Shown piece after piece: positions 1 to 9,635 of a stretch of DNA of 64,000 nucleotides. A model generated the notes under the pieces. It was given only the letters and a program-made list of their open reading frames with translations, did not search any database and was not told where the DNA came from. The translations under genes were made by a program, and so were the position numbers. The first letter of the stretch is position 1. Every line of letters begins with the position of its first letter. Source of the stretch: Lingula anatina (lineage: Eukaryota; Animalia; Brachiopoda); assembly GCA_051362555.1 (NCBI GenBank), contig JBPQGU010000016.1, positions 1,116,001-1,180,000 of the forward strand. The letters run 5' to 3'.

Positions 1-821
1 TAACACACTCAACATGCTGATATTGTGTTCAGTAGACTCAAAATTGTAGTTTACAGCACATTGGTATTTCATAATTATCTTTTTGAAGTGATGTATGGTA
101 TGCAGGTGAATGTGGAAAAGATTTCATTGGATTTCTTTATGGAAGTAGAACCGAGTTTAATTTAAAGGCCAAAAAAATAAGATAAGGGTCCTTTTGGACT
201 ATTTGTGAAACCTGAATGAAGTTTCTGAAGATTTTGTAGAGACTAAAGACTGGAAAAAAATACAAGGTGAGATTCTTTAGATTCTGTTTAGATTTTTAAG
301 CAAATAAAATTCAAAGCATTGTGAATACATATTTTTGGTCTCTGGTCATTTGTGAAGCAGGTCTCCCAAGTGACAGGAACTGAATTAGGGGCACCTGTTT
401 ACTGAAGTCAAATCCACATCCACCCAGCATACCTTATTATCTCACTAATAACGTCACCTTGTGGCATCATTGCACAATGTACTGGTGGGTTACTATGGGT
501 GGGAGGGCCTAGAAGGATATTTGGACCCCGAAATGACTTGCAGAATAACCCCCTCCCGCACTGGCCGCATTCTGTAGAAGTTTGTTCCATCTAATAAGTT
601 TATCTTCCCCATTCCACCCCCTTTCCCCTCTGCACTAATCTCAGTTCTTGGTTTAGTTTTCTTGTAGGTGGTTATACTATTCCAGTAAGCAGCAGTCAAA
701 GTTCTGAGTAAACAAAGTTCAGTAACCTCGGCCTTAACACCCACCCCCTTTCCCCATCGCAGCTTACCTCCACCCCCACCCCCCTGTATCAGTCACAGTT
801 CACACTCTAGTTCTCTTGTAG

Positions 822-992
822 GTGGTTACACCACTCCAGTCAGCAGCAGTTTGTTCACTCCTATCACAAGTAATCTGGGGCTAACACCACAGCAGCAGCA
901 ACAACAGCAGAGTGGGGCCAGCTATCAGAGCAATATGGGCTCTATGGGCAACCTCGGGACAATGGGCAGTACAGCAGGTGTGATAGGGACTG
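822..992 (+). CDS. pum: Pumilio, internal exon (Q/S/G-rich low-complexity region); the gene starts upstream of the window
   Basis: Acceptor ttctcttgtag at 821 and donor G|GTAGGT at 993, phase 1/1. Translates GGYTTPVSSSLFTPITSNLGLTPQQQQ... An in-frame alternative donor lies at 978. Confidence 0.75.
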
Positions 993-1141
993 GTAGGTTT
1001 AGTTGGCTGCATGTGGGGAGGGCGGGTCCCGCGTAGATTGGGGGAGATGTACGCTGGCTGGCTGCTCCGTGTTCTGCGTCACTGCTGCCTTGTCTGTTAT
1101 ATTGTGTTATTCTGGGGTTGATGATTTGGGTGTTACGGCAT

Positions 1142-1176
<35 letters not shown>

Positions 1177-3239
1177 GAAGGAAGAAAGAAATGAAAAGAA
1201 GAACTGAAGAAAAAGGGGAGGAAACTTGTAAAAAGTCTTTTTAATGGGGGGGGTCTGAATTTTCAGGTTTGTGAAATGCTATTGGTTTATGAAGAAGAAA
1301 AGAAAAAATTGATTTGTTTTGTGGTTTCTATTAGCTTCTGCCAAACTCTTAGCTTGTTTCACGTCCTCGACCAATGCAGGTTGGCATGGAACTGAATTAA
1401 GTAGATAGATAATTGCTGCCAATTTGTTTGCCACTGCCAAATGTGGTTGAATGATGAAATGGCCCCATTTTTTCCCCACCCAAGACAAGACGGCAGCTGA
1501 TCTAGGGGCAGTCCAGTACTAACCGGGCCTATGCTGTACAACCCACAGACACTCACTAGAGCATGGAGAGAGAGGAGTATCTGTACTCTCTTACCACTGT
1601 CAGTGATGTACTGATACAGATTTTAGCTAATGATTTTATCATCCAACAGGAAAACAGTTGTCTCATTCATGGGGTTGTCTTGCTACAGAAACGTCACCAA
1701 GAATCCAGAACAGTTTACAGCATGAAATTTTTTTAAACATTTTTTTGCTGAGTCAGAAGTTTGATTCATTCCTCAGCAGTGCTTTAGAAATAATTCAGCA
1801 AATTTAATGCTGTTTTAACATTTGGCAAATCTTCATTTTTAATTCACTAGGAGGAAAATGCCCTTTTTTACTCGGCTTACAATCAAATACCTTCTCACTT
1901 GTACTAAAAAAATTGATTAGATACACCACTTCTTATGTTACAAAGTATTTTCCCATATTGGTGGAAAGGGGGTTACTGGAACTGGATTTTGGGGTTTAAA
2001 AAAAAAAAAATACTGTTAACCATTCTCTAGTTCAGTGTCTGTGGCTTCTACAGCATCATGTTTTCCCTAACTCTCTTATTTATGAAGTTAGTGTAGATCA
2101 TACAACACAGATTGTCAATGCCTCACCTCTCTGTTCTGCAAGACTCACTGGGTTCCTGTGAAAGATTCTGATGCTGAAAACAAAACACCTGCATGATATG
2201 GCCCATATATTGGAGAAAATTTTTTTATATCGGAGAATGTATTGGATATTTGAAGGAAAAAAAAAGAATTATAAGGGATCCAGGTGAAATTCTTGTTGCC
2301 AGAATTCATCAACAATTTACTTTTAATGACGGTATGCATTTCCCATGCTGTTGAAAGACAGCAAATACATTGTTTAAAGTTTGATGTTTTCCCAATCGAG
2401 TGATGCAGACACAAAGAGGTTTCTAGGGCAGATATGCAATAAACAACTTCCATATGGTAGCTGTATTTGTGGCCATTTCTTTGGTCCTTACTTAAGAAAG
2501 TTGAACCTTGATTGCAATCACCACAAATCACAGATGAAATTCGATGTTCCTCAATATGCCGAAGCTTGATTGCAATATCTGTGTGTAATCCTATTGAATG
2601 GCGCTCAGCATCACTGCTCTGACCGAGAAAACTGCAATCGAGAGAATTTCTCATAATGCAAGTTTGCTTCCAGCTTCAAACTTTCTAAAGACAGGACTAA
2701 AAATTATGTGAAAAATGGTTTTGAATGCAGCTGCTAAAACATTGGAGCATATTCTCTGAAGTTTGTGAATTACAAATCTCATTTGATTATGTTTCTCTTG
2801 TACAGGAACTTGTATAGTTCTGATGTATCGGAGATATTTACATGAGACGATTTGTAATTTTCAAATTTTCTTGAGAGTGGGCTCTGGATGGGATTTGCTT
2901 TTCAAATTTTATAAATCATGTGTCCTGTTTTTTTATATCATTTAATAATTTGTTGGATTTTATTATTTAAAAGAATGGCACAAAATTTAAATGAATCACC
3001 TTGCAAGTATGCTTGATTCAACTATCCAGAAGAAATACATAAATGAGGATGCAAAATGTTATAGCTTTGATATCTGCTTATAAGGATGAATATATTTAAT
3101 GTTTATCTTTGCAGACCTTTATTGACTGGCTTTAATGAAAACAAACCTCATCCACGTTTTGAGTGTATGTTTGTCTACTCTGTTGAAACTAACTACTAAC
3201 TTGCCCAAATAACATGTAGAGTCATAGAGTATGACATAT

Positions 3240-3460
3240 TGTACCCATGTTTAAAAGTTGGTACACTGTATGTATCCATTTGTTTACTATTTTCATGGGT
3301 ACAGTATGTATTTATTGGTACACTGTATATCCATGACGTACAATATATCCACTACTGTATGTCCATTGGTACACTGTATATCCATGATATACAATATATC
3401 CACTGTTTATCCAGTGGTATATATTGGTACACTATATGTAAACACTGTATTTTTGGTATA
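3240..3460. repeat. Degenerate minisatellite (ttggtacactgtatatccat-type units)
   Basis: Five to six imperfect copies are visible. Confidence 0.6.
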
Positions 3461-3750
3461 CAGAAAATAATGGGTGGAGTCATCGATTGAAGAATTTTGA
3501 TAAAGCTGATATGGACTTTCATAAAATAAGAATTAAAGATTAACTTTAAGATGTGAGAGCTAAAAGTGCTTTGTTATCCTGGGTTTCTATAAATGTTGCT
3601 TGCCTAAATGAATGATATGTGATTCATCTGGCTTCTGCTGTTAGAAAATAATATTTGCCTGGCTTGGAATGCACAAGGGAATCAGAATCTGGGACAATTT
3701 ATCTGTTGTATGTGTTTGTTAGCATGTATTAAAGACATCAACTGTTACAG

Positions 3751-3951
3751 GCTTGCCGAACTCTGGCCGTCGAGACTCGCTGACGGGATCTCTGGATTAC
3801 AAGCGTCAGATCCCGTCAATGAGCCCCTTCTACAACACGGCTGGCCTGGGAGGGATCAATTCCCCCGCCGGCCCCATGGGACTGGTACAACCAGCGCAGT
3901 CGCTGACACCGCCACCATCATTGTCTGGATCAAACTCCAGTTTAGGACTTG
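3751..3951 (+). CDS. pum: Pumilio exon (RRDSLTGS and SLTPPPSLS motifs)
   Basis: cag|...|gtaagg, phase 1/1. GRRDSLTGS and LTPPPSLS are conserved PUM1/2 motifs. Confidence 0.9.
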
Positions 3952-4252
3952 GTAAGGGTGTGGTCTGTATGATTAAAAGTTGTGGATGTGGGCAGTTCTG
4001 GCAAAAAGATGGGCTGATTTTAATTTTGTGTATTTAATAAGACAGAAACCTAAAATAGTTCTATGAAGACAGAGACAAATATGAAGTAAAAGAAATTCCT
4101 TAGCCAGAATAAGGAGAAAAACACATTGAGAGGGAGTGAGGATAAAACAAACAAATACACTAACCCATTTCTACTGGAAAAAGAAAAAAATATTTTGCTA
4201 AAAAAGTGCCTTCAGGTCTCTTCATTCTTAACCCAGTTCTTCAATGTTCCAG

Positions 4253-4517
4253 GCCTTGGCAGCAGTGGCAGGCTGTACTCCCCAGCCCCAGGGGCGGAGG
4301 CCAAGCTGCGTAATGGCAGCCTCGGCTCAGGGGGTCTCTTTGGTAACACCCTGTTCCCCAGCAGCAAGTCTGGTCTGCGTACAGCTAGTCTCTCCAAAGA
4401 AGTCACGGGGCGTAGCCGGCTGCTGGAGGACTTCAGGAACAACCGTATCCCTAACCTCCAGCTGAAGGATCTTCTGCATCATGTGGTGGAGTTCTCACAG
4501 GACCAGCATGGGTCAAG
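4253..4517 (+). CDS. pum: Pumilio exon (APGAEAK; start of PUM-HD)
   Basis: Translates ...APGAEAK...[22 protein letters not shown]...[11 protein letters not shown]; AG/GT boundaries. Confidence 0.95.
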
Positions 4518-4862
4518 GTAGGTCAAGGTCACTGGGGCGGATGGTTCATTCACCTTTCCACAGATAATTACGCATGTGTGCCATCTATGTTATTCATGCT
4601 ACATTCTGGTCTAGATATGTACACAGCTTTTTCCAGTCAGGCAGATGCAGCTCCAGTGCTGCCGGAAGTAGGCATGATCACACAACCAGAAGAAATGGGT
4701 TAACCACATGTGTGTCCTTATCTGTGGAAAGATGCATTGTTGGGGTCTGAATATTTTTGAGCCTGGTTTTAATGCATGACAAAAGATTTACAAGTTGGAT
4801 GATTTACTGTAAGCATATACTTTCTTCAAACCTAGTAAATACTATTGCATGGTCGTACTTTA

Positions 4863-5106
4863 TCCAACACTTGGTCATCCAGGTTAGCTGGACTTGTTCT
4901 GGCTTTACTTGGCTCTGTCTTTGTGGCGTATGGGAGCTGAATACCCCCACAAGGGGTTTGAGGCATATTCCCTTTCCACAGTGTTGGAGAGTAACCATGT
5001 CCCCAGTCCTCTGTGACTGGTGTGGACTGAACCTTGCATATTCCATCAACTTTCTGCTGTCACTAGTTGACCTTGACAGAGGAGAAAGACCATGCAAGGT
5101 ACATTT
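4863..5106 (+). ncRNA. SNORA73: U17/E1 (SNORA73, snR30 family) H/ACA snoRNA, copy 1, in a pumilio intron
   Basis: Matches my recollection of human SNORA73 in several blocks: TCCAAC..., GGCTCTGTCnnnGTGGCGTAnGGGAGC, TCCCTTTCCACAnnGTTGGA. H box AGAGTA, m1 GCATATTCC, m2 GACCATGC, ACA box 3 nt from the end (5101-5103). Confidence 0.9.
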
Positions 5107-5120
5107 CATGTTTAGGGAAA

Positions 5121-5429
5121 CAGACATGCTGAAACTGTCAGTCCGATCGGTCATGACCGACAAATGTTTTTAGAACCACAATTTTGAATTTAAAGTCATC
5201 ATTCGACATCCTTCACTAATATAATTATATAAAACCCAAAGCGTTTTTCCCCTCCATTTCAAACCATTCACATTCACAAGCAAAGTAAGCTACCTAATCG
5301 TACTGGTGGTATCTGTCTCAAACGAATAGGGCGATTTTCAGTCCAACAAAAATCCATTCGGTGCAACAAATTTTTTCATTACTGCCGGTCCAAATGTCTG
5401 GCCATTCTGAAAAGTTTTCAGCATGTCTG
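5121..5429. mobile_element. Non-autonomous hAT-like MITE
   Basis: TIRs CAGACATGCTGAAA / TTTCAGCATGTCTG; GGGAAA duplicated on both flanks (5115-5120 and 5430-5435). Confidence 0.7.
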
Positions 5430-5488
5430 GGGAAATAAGATAAATTTTCGTAAGTCTACTCTCTACCCCTTTTGTTCAGATTGTAGTG

Positions 5489-6048
5489 AGCCTTAGAGCG
5501 CATTCTCAACGAAGTAAGCCAGGCTTTACAAAGCCAGTGACCTAAAAATGGCGGACGTACATGAAAGAAAAACTGCCTAATCTTTTAATAGTCTCTCCGC
5601 CTCCCCACACATCGTCCCTGCGGGGTACAGTAATTAAATCGCGTCTCCGTTCGCCATGCGGAAGCTACCTGAGAAATATTAAGTGCGCATGCTCATCAGT
5701 TAAACTCGTGGTGAAGAAAGCATTGCGGCTGAGGGCGATCGAAGGAAAAAAGCTCTTCTGTTCTATTATCTTTGAAAACAGAGACGAAAAAGGAATAATT
5801 TGGCCCGTAGAGCAGCAATGAATCGACTATCTACGGAGATAATATCACCAGAGATATTCACGGAAATATAAATGTTCGGAGCCGAGATTTAATTACTGTA
5901 CCCCGCAGGGACGACGTGTGGGGAGGCGTGTGAGAGGCGGAGAGACTATTAAAAGATTAGGCGGTTTTTCTTTCATGTACGTCCGCCATTTTTAGGTCAC
6001 CGGCTTTGTAAAGCCTGGCTTACTTCGTTGAGAATGCGCTCTTAGGCT
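5489..6048. mobile_element. Foldback MITE with about 160-bp terminal inverted repeats (possibly PIF/Harbinger)
   Basis: 5489-5650 is the near-perfect reverse complement of 5878-6048; flanked by TGA/TTA. Confidence 0.8.
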
Positions 6049-6234
6049 TATATAAACCAGAAAGGTGAGTAGTGACACCTCTGATTACATTGCCCAGTAT
6101 CCTTAACCCCCATCAGGTTATCTAGCCATAATGCCCTCTTTAAGTTTAAGCATTATAAATGTCCTTGTGAATGTGCATGTTTCTCATATTTTAATTATCT
6201 TCATTAATTAATGTTAATGATTGTGTTCCGTCAG

Positions 6235-6493
6235 GTTTATCCAGCAGAAACTGGAGCGTGCCACGCCCGCAGAGAAAGCCATGGTGTTCAACGAGATTCT
6301 TACCGCAGCCTATAGCCTGATGACGGACGTGTTTGGCAACTACGTGATACAGAAGTTCTTTGAGTTTGGAACCACAGAGCACAAGCAGACCCTTGCGCAA
6401 CGTGTGCGCGGCCACGTGCTCCAGCTGGCCCTGCAGATGTATGGGTGTCGTGTGATCCAGAAGGCGCTGGAGTCTATACCCCCTGACATGCAG
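6235..6493 (+). CDS. pum: Pumilio exon (PUF repeats 1-3)
   Basis: [10 protein letters not shown]...[15 protein letters not shown]...[13 protein letters not shown]; tcag| and |gtgagg. Confidence 0.97.
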
Positions 6494-7331
6494 GTGAGGA
6501 CAGACACTTGTCTTACATTGAGGCCTTCTTCACATCCAAGTGGTGCAGTTCTCTGTATCACACCAGTTTGACTGGTAACAAGTTGCAGTTATGCGAGAGA
6601 GGGTTTTACTCCCTTTCCCAAGCCCCAGTGTACCGATCAGAATTAGGTGATTGTTGTACAAAACACTAGATGGGCTAAGTTGGCATTGTATCATTCAGCT
6701 TTTCACAGATAATGACCGTGGTTGTGGTATCATGCCTATTACTTTATAAACCCATTTTGCGCATCACTGGAAACTGGCATGACACCTCAACTAGCAGAAA
6801 TGGGTTCATTGTGCGTGCAGATCTCTGTCTTAATCTGTGGAAAGCTGAATACTGGACTGATACAAAAATCTGTACTTCCTGATGTGAAGAGGGCCATACC
6901 TCTAGTCTCACTTTCAGTTGTTTATATATGGTAACTTTCCTGCAGGATCAACCACAACAGTTCTGTTAAGAGACTAAGCATCTCTCTCCGTGTATTTCTT
7001 TTTATAGCCTTACCCAAACAGTGTAGCATATAATCTCATGTCCGCATTGTGTTCAGTGAAAAAATACATAAATATTTTTGTCATGCATTCCCACAGTACA
7101 CTGAAACCTCTAGACATCTCTGTGTATATATCTTGTCATGCCTTTGTGGTGTACATTGAAAAATATCAATATATAAATGTATTTCCGCCATACCCTGCCC
7201 AACAAGTAAACTGTAGCATATATCTCTTACTTATTTATCTTGCCCCATCAATGTGACCAGTAGCATATGTCTCTCTATATATTTCCTGTGGTACGCAGCC
7301 TCACCAGTGCGTTGACATTGTCGTGTCACAG

Positions 7332-7469
7332 GTGGAGATCGTGAAGGAGCTAGACGGCCACGTGCTGAAGTGCGTCAAGGATCAGAACGGCAACCATGTG
7401 GTGCAGAAGTGCATTGAGTGCGTGGAGCCCAAGCACCTGCAATTCATCATTGATGCTTTTAAGGGCCAG
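7332..7469 (+). CDS. pum: Pumilio exon (PUF repeat 4)
   Basis: [30 protein letters not shown]; phase 0/0. Confidence 0.97.
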
Positions 7470-7596
7470 GTAATTAGATGTAATAGCATTGTGGTCATAT
7501 TTGTTGGGAATGTTTTTGCACAGTTTTTTTTATTTCCGTCTTCATTTGGGAGATATGTGGAAATTAGGGAAAAAATAAGTCTGGCAAATGAAATTA

Positions 7597-7627
<31 letters not shown>

Positions 7628-7850
7628 GGGAATATTTAGTAATGGGTATATTAAGTAAGAAAATAGTACAAAAAATCACTCAATTTTGCATGAACCACTC
7701 ACTTTCTAAAGAATGTTAAATGATGTGCCATCATTAGAAAATAAGATTTATTTTGTGTGTGTGTGTTGGGGGGGGGGGGGTGAATTATATTAAAATAAAT
7801 AATATTTGTGGAGGGAAAAATATTCTGATTATACGTTGATATTTGAGCAG

Positions 7851-8098
7851 GTTTTTGCTCTGTCCACCCATCCCTATGGCTGCCGCGTGATCCAACGCAT
7901 TCTGGAGCACTGTGTCCCCGAACAGACACACGGGATCCTGGAGGAGCTGCACCAGCACACAGAGCGCCTCGTGCAGGACCAGTATGGTAACTACGTGATA
8001 CAGCACGTACTGGAGCATGGCAGCCCTGAGGACAAGAGTAAGATTGTGAATGAGCTACGCGGGAAGGTTCTGGTTCTTAGCCAGCACAAGTTTGCCAG
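7851..8098 (+). CDS. pum: Pumilio exon (PUF repeats 5-7)
   Basis: [20 protein letters not shown]...[15 protein letters not shown]...LSQHKFA; cag| and |gtaaga. Confidence 0.97.
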
Positions 8099-8120
8099 GT
8101 AAGAGCACATTCATAACAAC

Positions 8121-8269
8121 GGACTAACAGGTCCGAGGGTCAAATATGGCGACCCACTAAAAATCTTGAAGCTTAATTCCTGGTTAGACGCTGAATAGAT
8201 TCCCCGCGTGAATTATGCAACAAGTAATCAAGTAGGCCAGCCATATTTAATCTACGGATCTGTCAGTTC
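8121..8269. mobile_element. Small diverged inverted-repeat element (MITE-like)
   Basis: ggactaacaggtccgagggtcaaatatggc pairs imperfectly with gccatatttaatctacggatctgtcagttc. Confidence 0.45.
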
Positions 8270-8485
8270 ACTGTTCTGAATATGCTCCAAGAGGTGATCA
8301 ATCAGTTGTAGAATATGGGTTTCGACAACAAAAAAAATGTTGCATTAAAAATTTTAAGCAGTTAATATTAAGGTGCAAGAACAGGAATTTTCAAAATAGT
8401 AAAGGAATATACCACAGTTAAGTGCTTAATGCATGTACAGGAATGTTCTTTCATTAACAGTAATGTGTATTGGATCTAAAACCAA

Positions 8486-8729
8486 CTCAACACTTGGTCA
8501 TCCATGTGAGCTGGACTTGTTCTGGCTTTACTTGGCTCTGTCTGTGTGGCGTATGGGAGCTGAATACCCCCACAAGGGGTTTGAGGCATATTCCCTTTCC
8601 ACAGTGTTGGAGAGTAACCATGTCCCCAGTCCTCTGTGACTGGTGTGGACTAAACCTTGCATATTCCATCAACTTTCTGTAGTCACTAGTTGACCTTGAC
8701 AGAGGAGAAAGACCATGCAAAGTACACTT
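8486..8729 (+). ncRNA. SNORA73: U17/E1 (SNORA73) H/ACA snoRNA, copy 2, in a pumilio intron
   Basis: Near-identical to 4863-5106 with H box, m1, m2 and ACA (8724-8726) intact; flanks unrelated to copy 1. Confidence 0.9.
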
Positions 8730-9004
8730 ATTATGTTGAAGAACAAATCAATTTGATTATGTCCATTGATATGATTTTTAAATATATGTTTTGGTCATCA
8801 ATGCATCACAAGAGTGGTAGTTCATGTTTTTGACTTTTGTCCATCTTTTGCAACTTTCATATATTCTCCTGAACATAAACACTCACTTTGGTTCTTCCAG
8901 TGAAATTGCCATTCCCTGTATATATCAGAGATAACAGAACAGTCCATAGTTTTTCAATGAGAGATAACAGCTCAGGTACAGCAATTCTTCATCCTATATT
9001 TCAG

Positions 9005-9088
9005 CAATGTGGTGGAGAAGTGCGTATCCCACTGCTCCAGGTCGGAGAGAGCCATGATGATTGATGAAGTCTGCAGCATGCAGGACGG
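9005..9088 (+). CDS. pum: Pumilio exon (PUF repeat 7)
   Basis: (S)[28 protein letters not shown]; phase 2/2; too short for the ORF track. Confidence 0.93.
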
Positions 9089-9394
9089 GTAAGCTCACTT
9101 CTAAGATTGACCAGGAGAGAGGCAGAGGTGTCTCAGAATTACATGGATGTTTGGGTGTCATATTTATGCCCTTTCCATCCCTTTCTCTCTCTCTCTCTCT
9201 CTCTCATATTGAAACCGCAATGACTGTTAATTGTTAAATGTAAGTTCCAGTTTCACAGTCATTCATCTTTATCATTCTAATCCTGCTGGATGGCTAAAAC
9301 CATTAACTCCTTTGCTTTACTATGTTCAAATCCCTTAAACAACACCATGATGAAGGATCATGTACATTCATCTGTATGTTTATGTATATATCAG

Positions 9395-9635
9395 GGTGCA
9401 CAGTGCCTTATACACCATGATGAAGGATCAGTTTGCCAACTACGTGGTTCAGAAGATGATCGACGTGGCAGAGCCGGCACAGCGCAAAATTCTGATGCAC
9501 AAGATCCGTCCTCATGTGTCCACGCTGCGGAAGTACACCTACGGCAAGCACATCTTGGCCAAACTGGAGAAGTATTACATGAAGAACAACTCCGACCTGG
9601 GACCCATTGGATTGCCGCCAAATGGAGGGATGTAA
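9395..9635 (+). CDS. pum: Pumilio last coding exon (PUF repeat 8 and C-terminus)
   Basis: [23 protein letters not shown]...[18 protein letters not shown]...GGM, TAA at 9633-9635. Confidence 0.96.

Noticed and set aside
1451-1500. C/D snoRNA (ATGATGA...CTGA), by analogy with SNORD103 in human PUM1
   Set aside because: Only 50 nt, no terminal stem and no recognisable rRNA guide.
2145-2654. 169-aa minus-strand ORF in the pumilio intron
   Set aside because: No recognisable domain; overlaps a decayed inverted-repeat sequence.
4757-5173. Duplicated ORFs at 4757/4804 and 8433-8720
   Set aside because: Chance frames across the U17 snoRNA copies.
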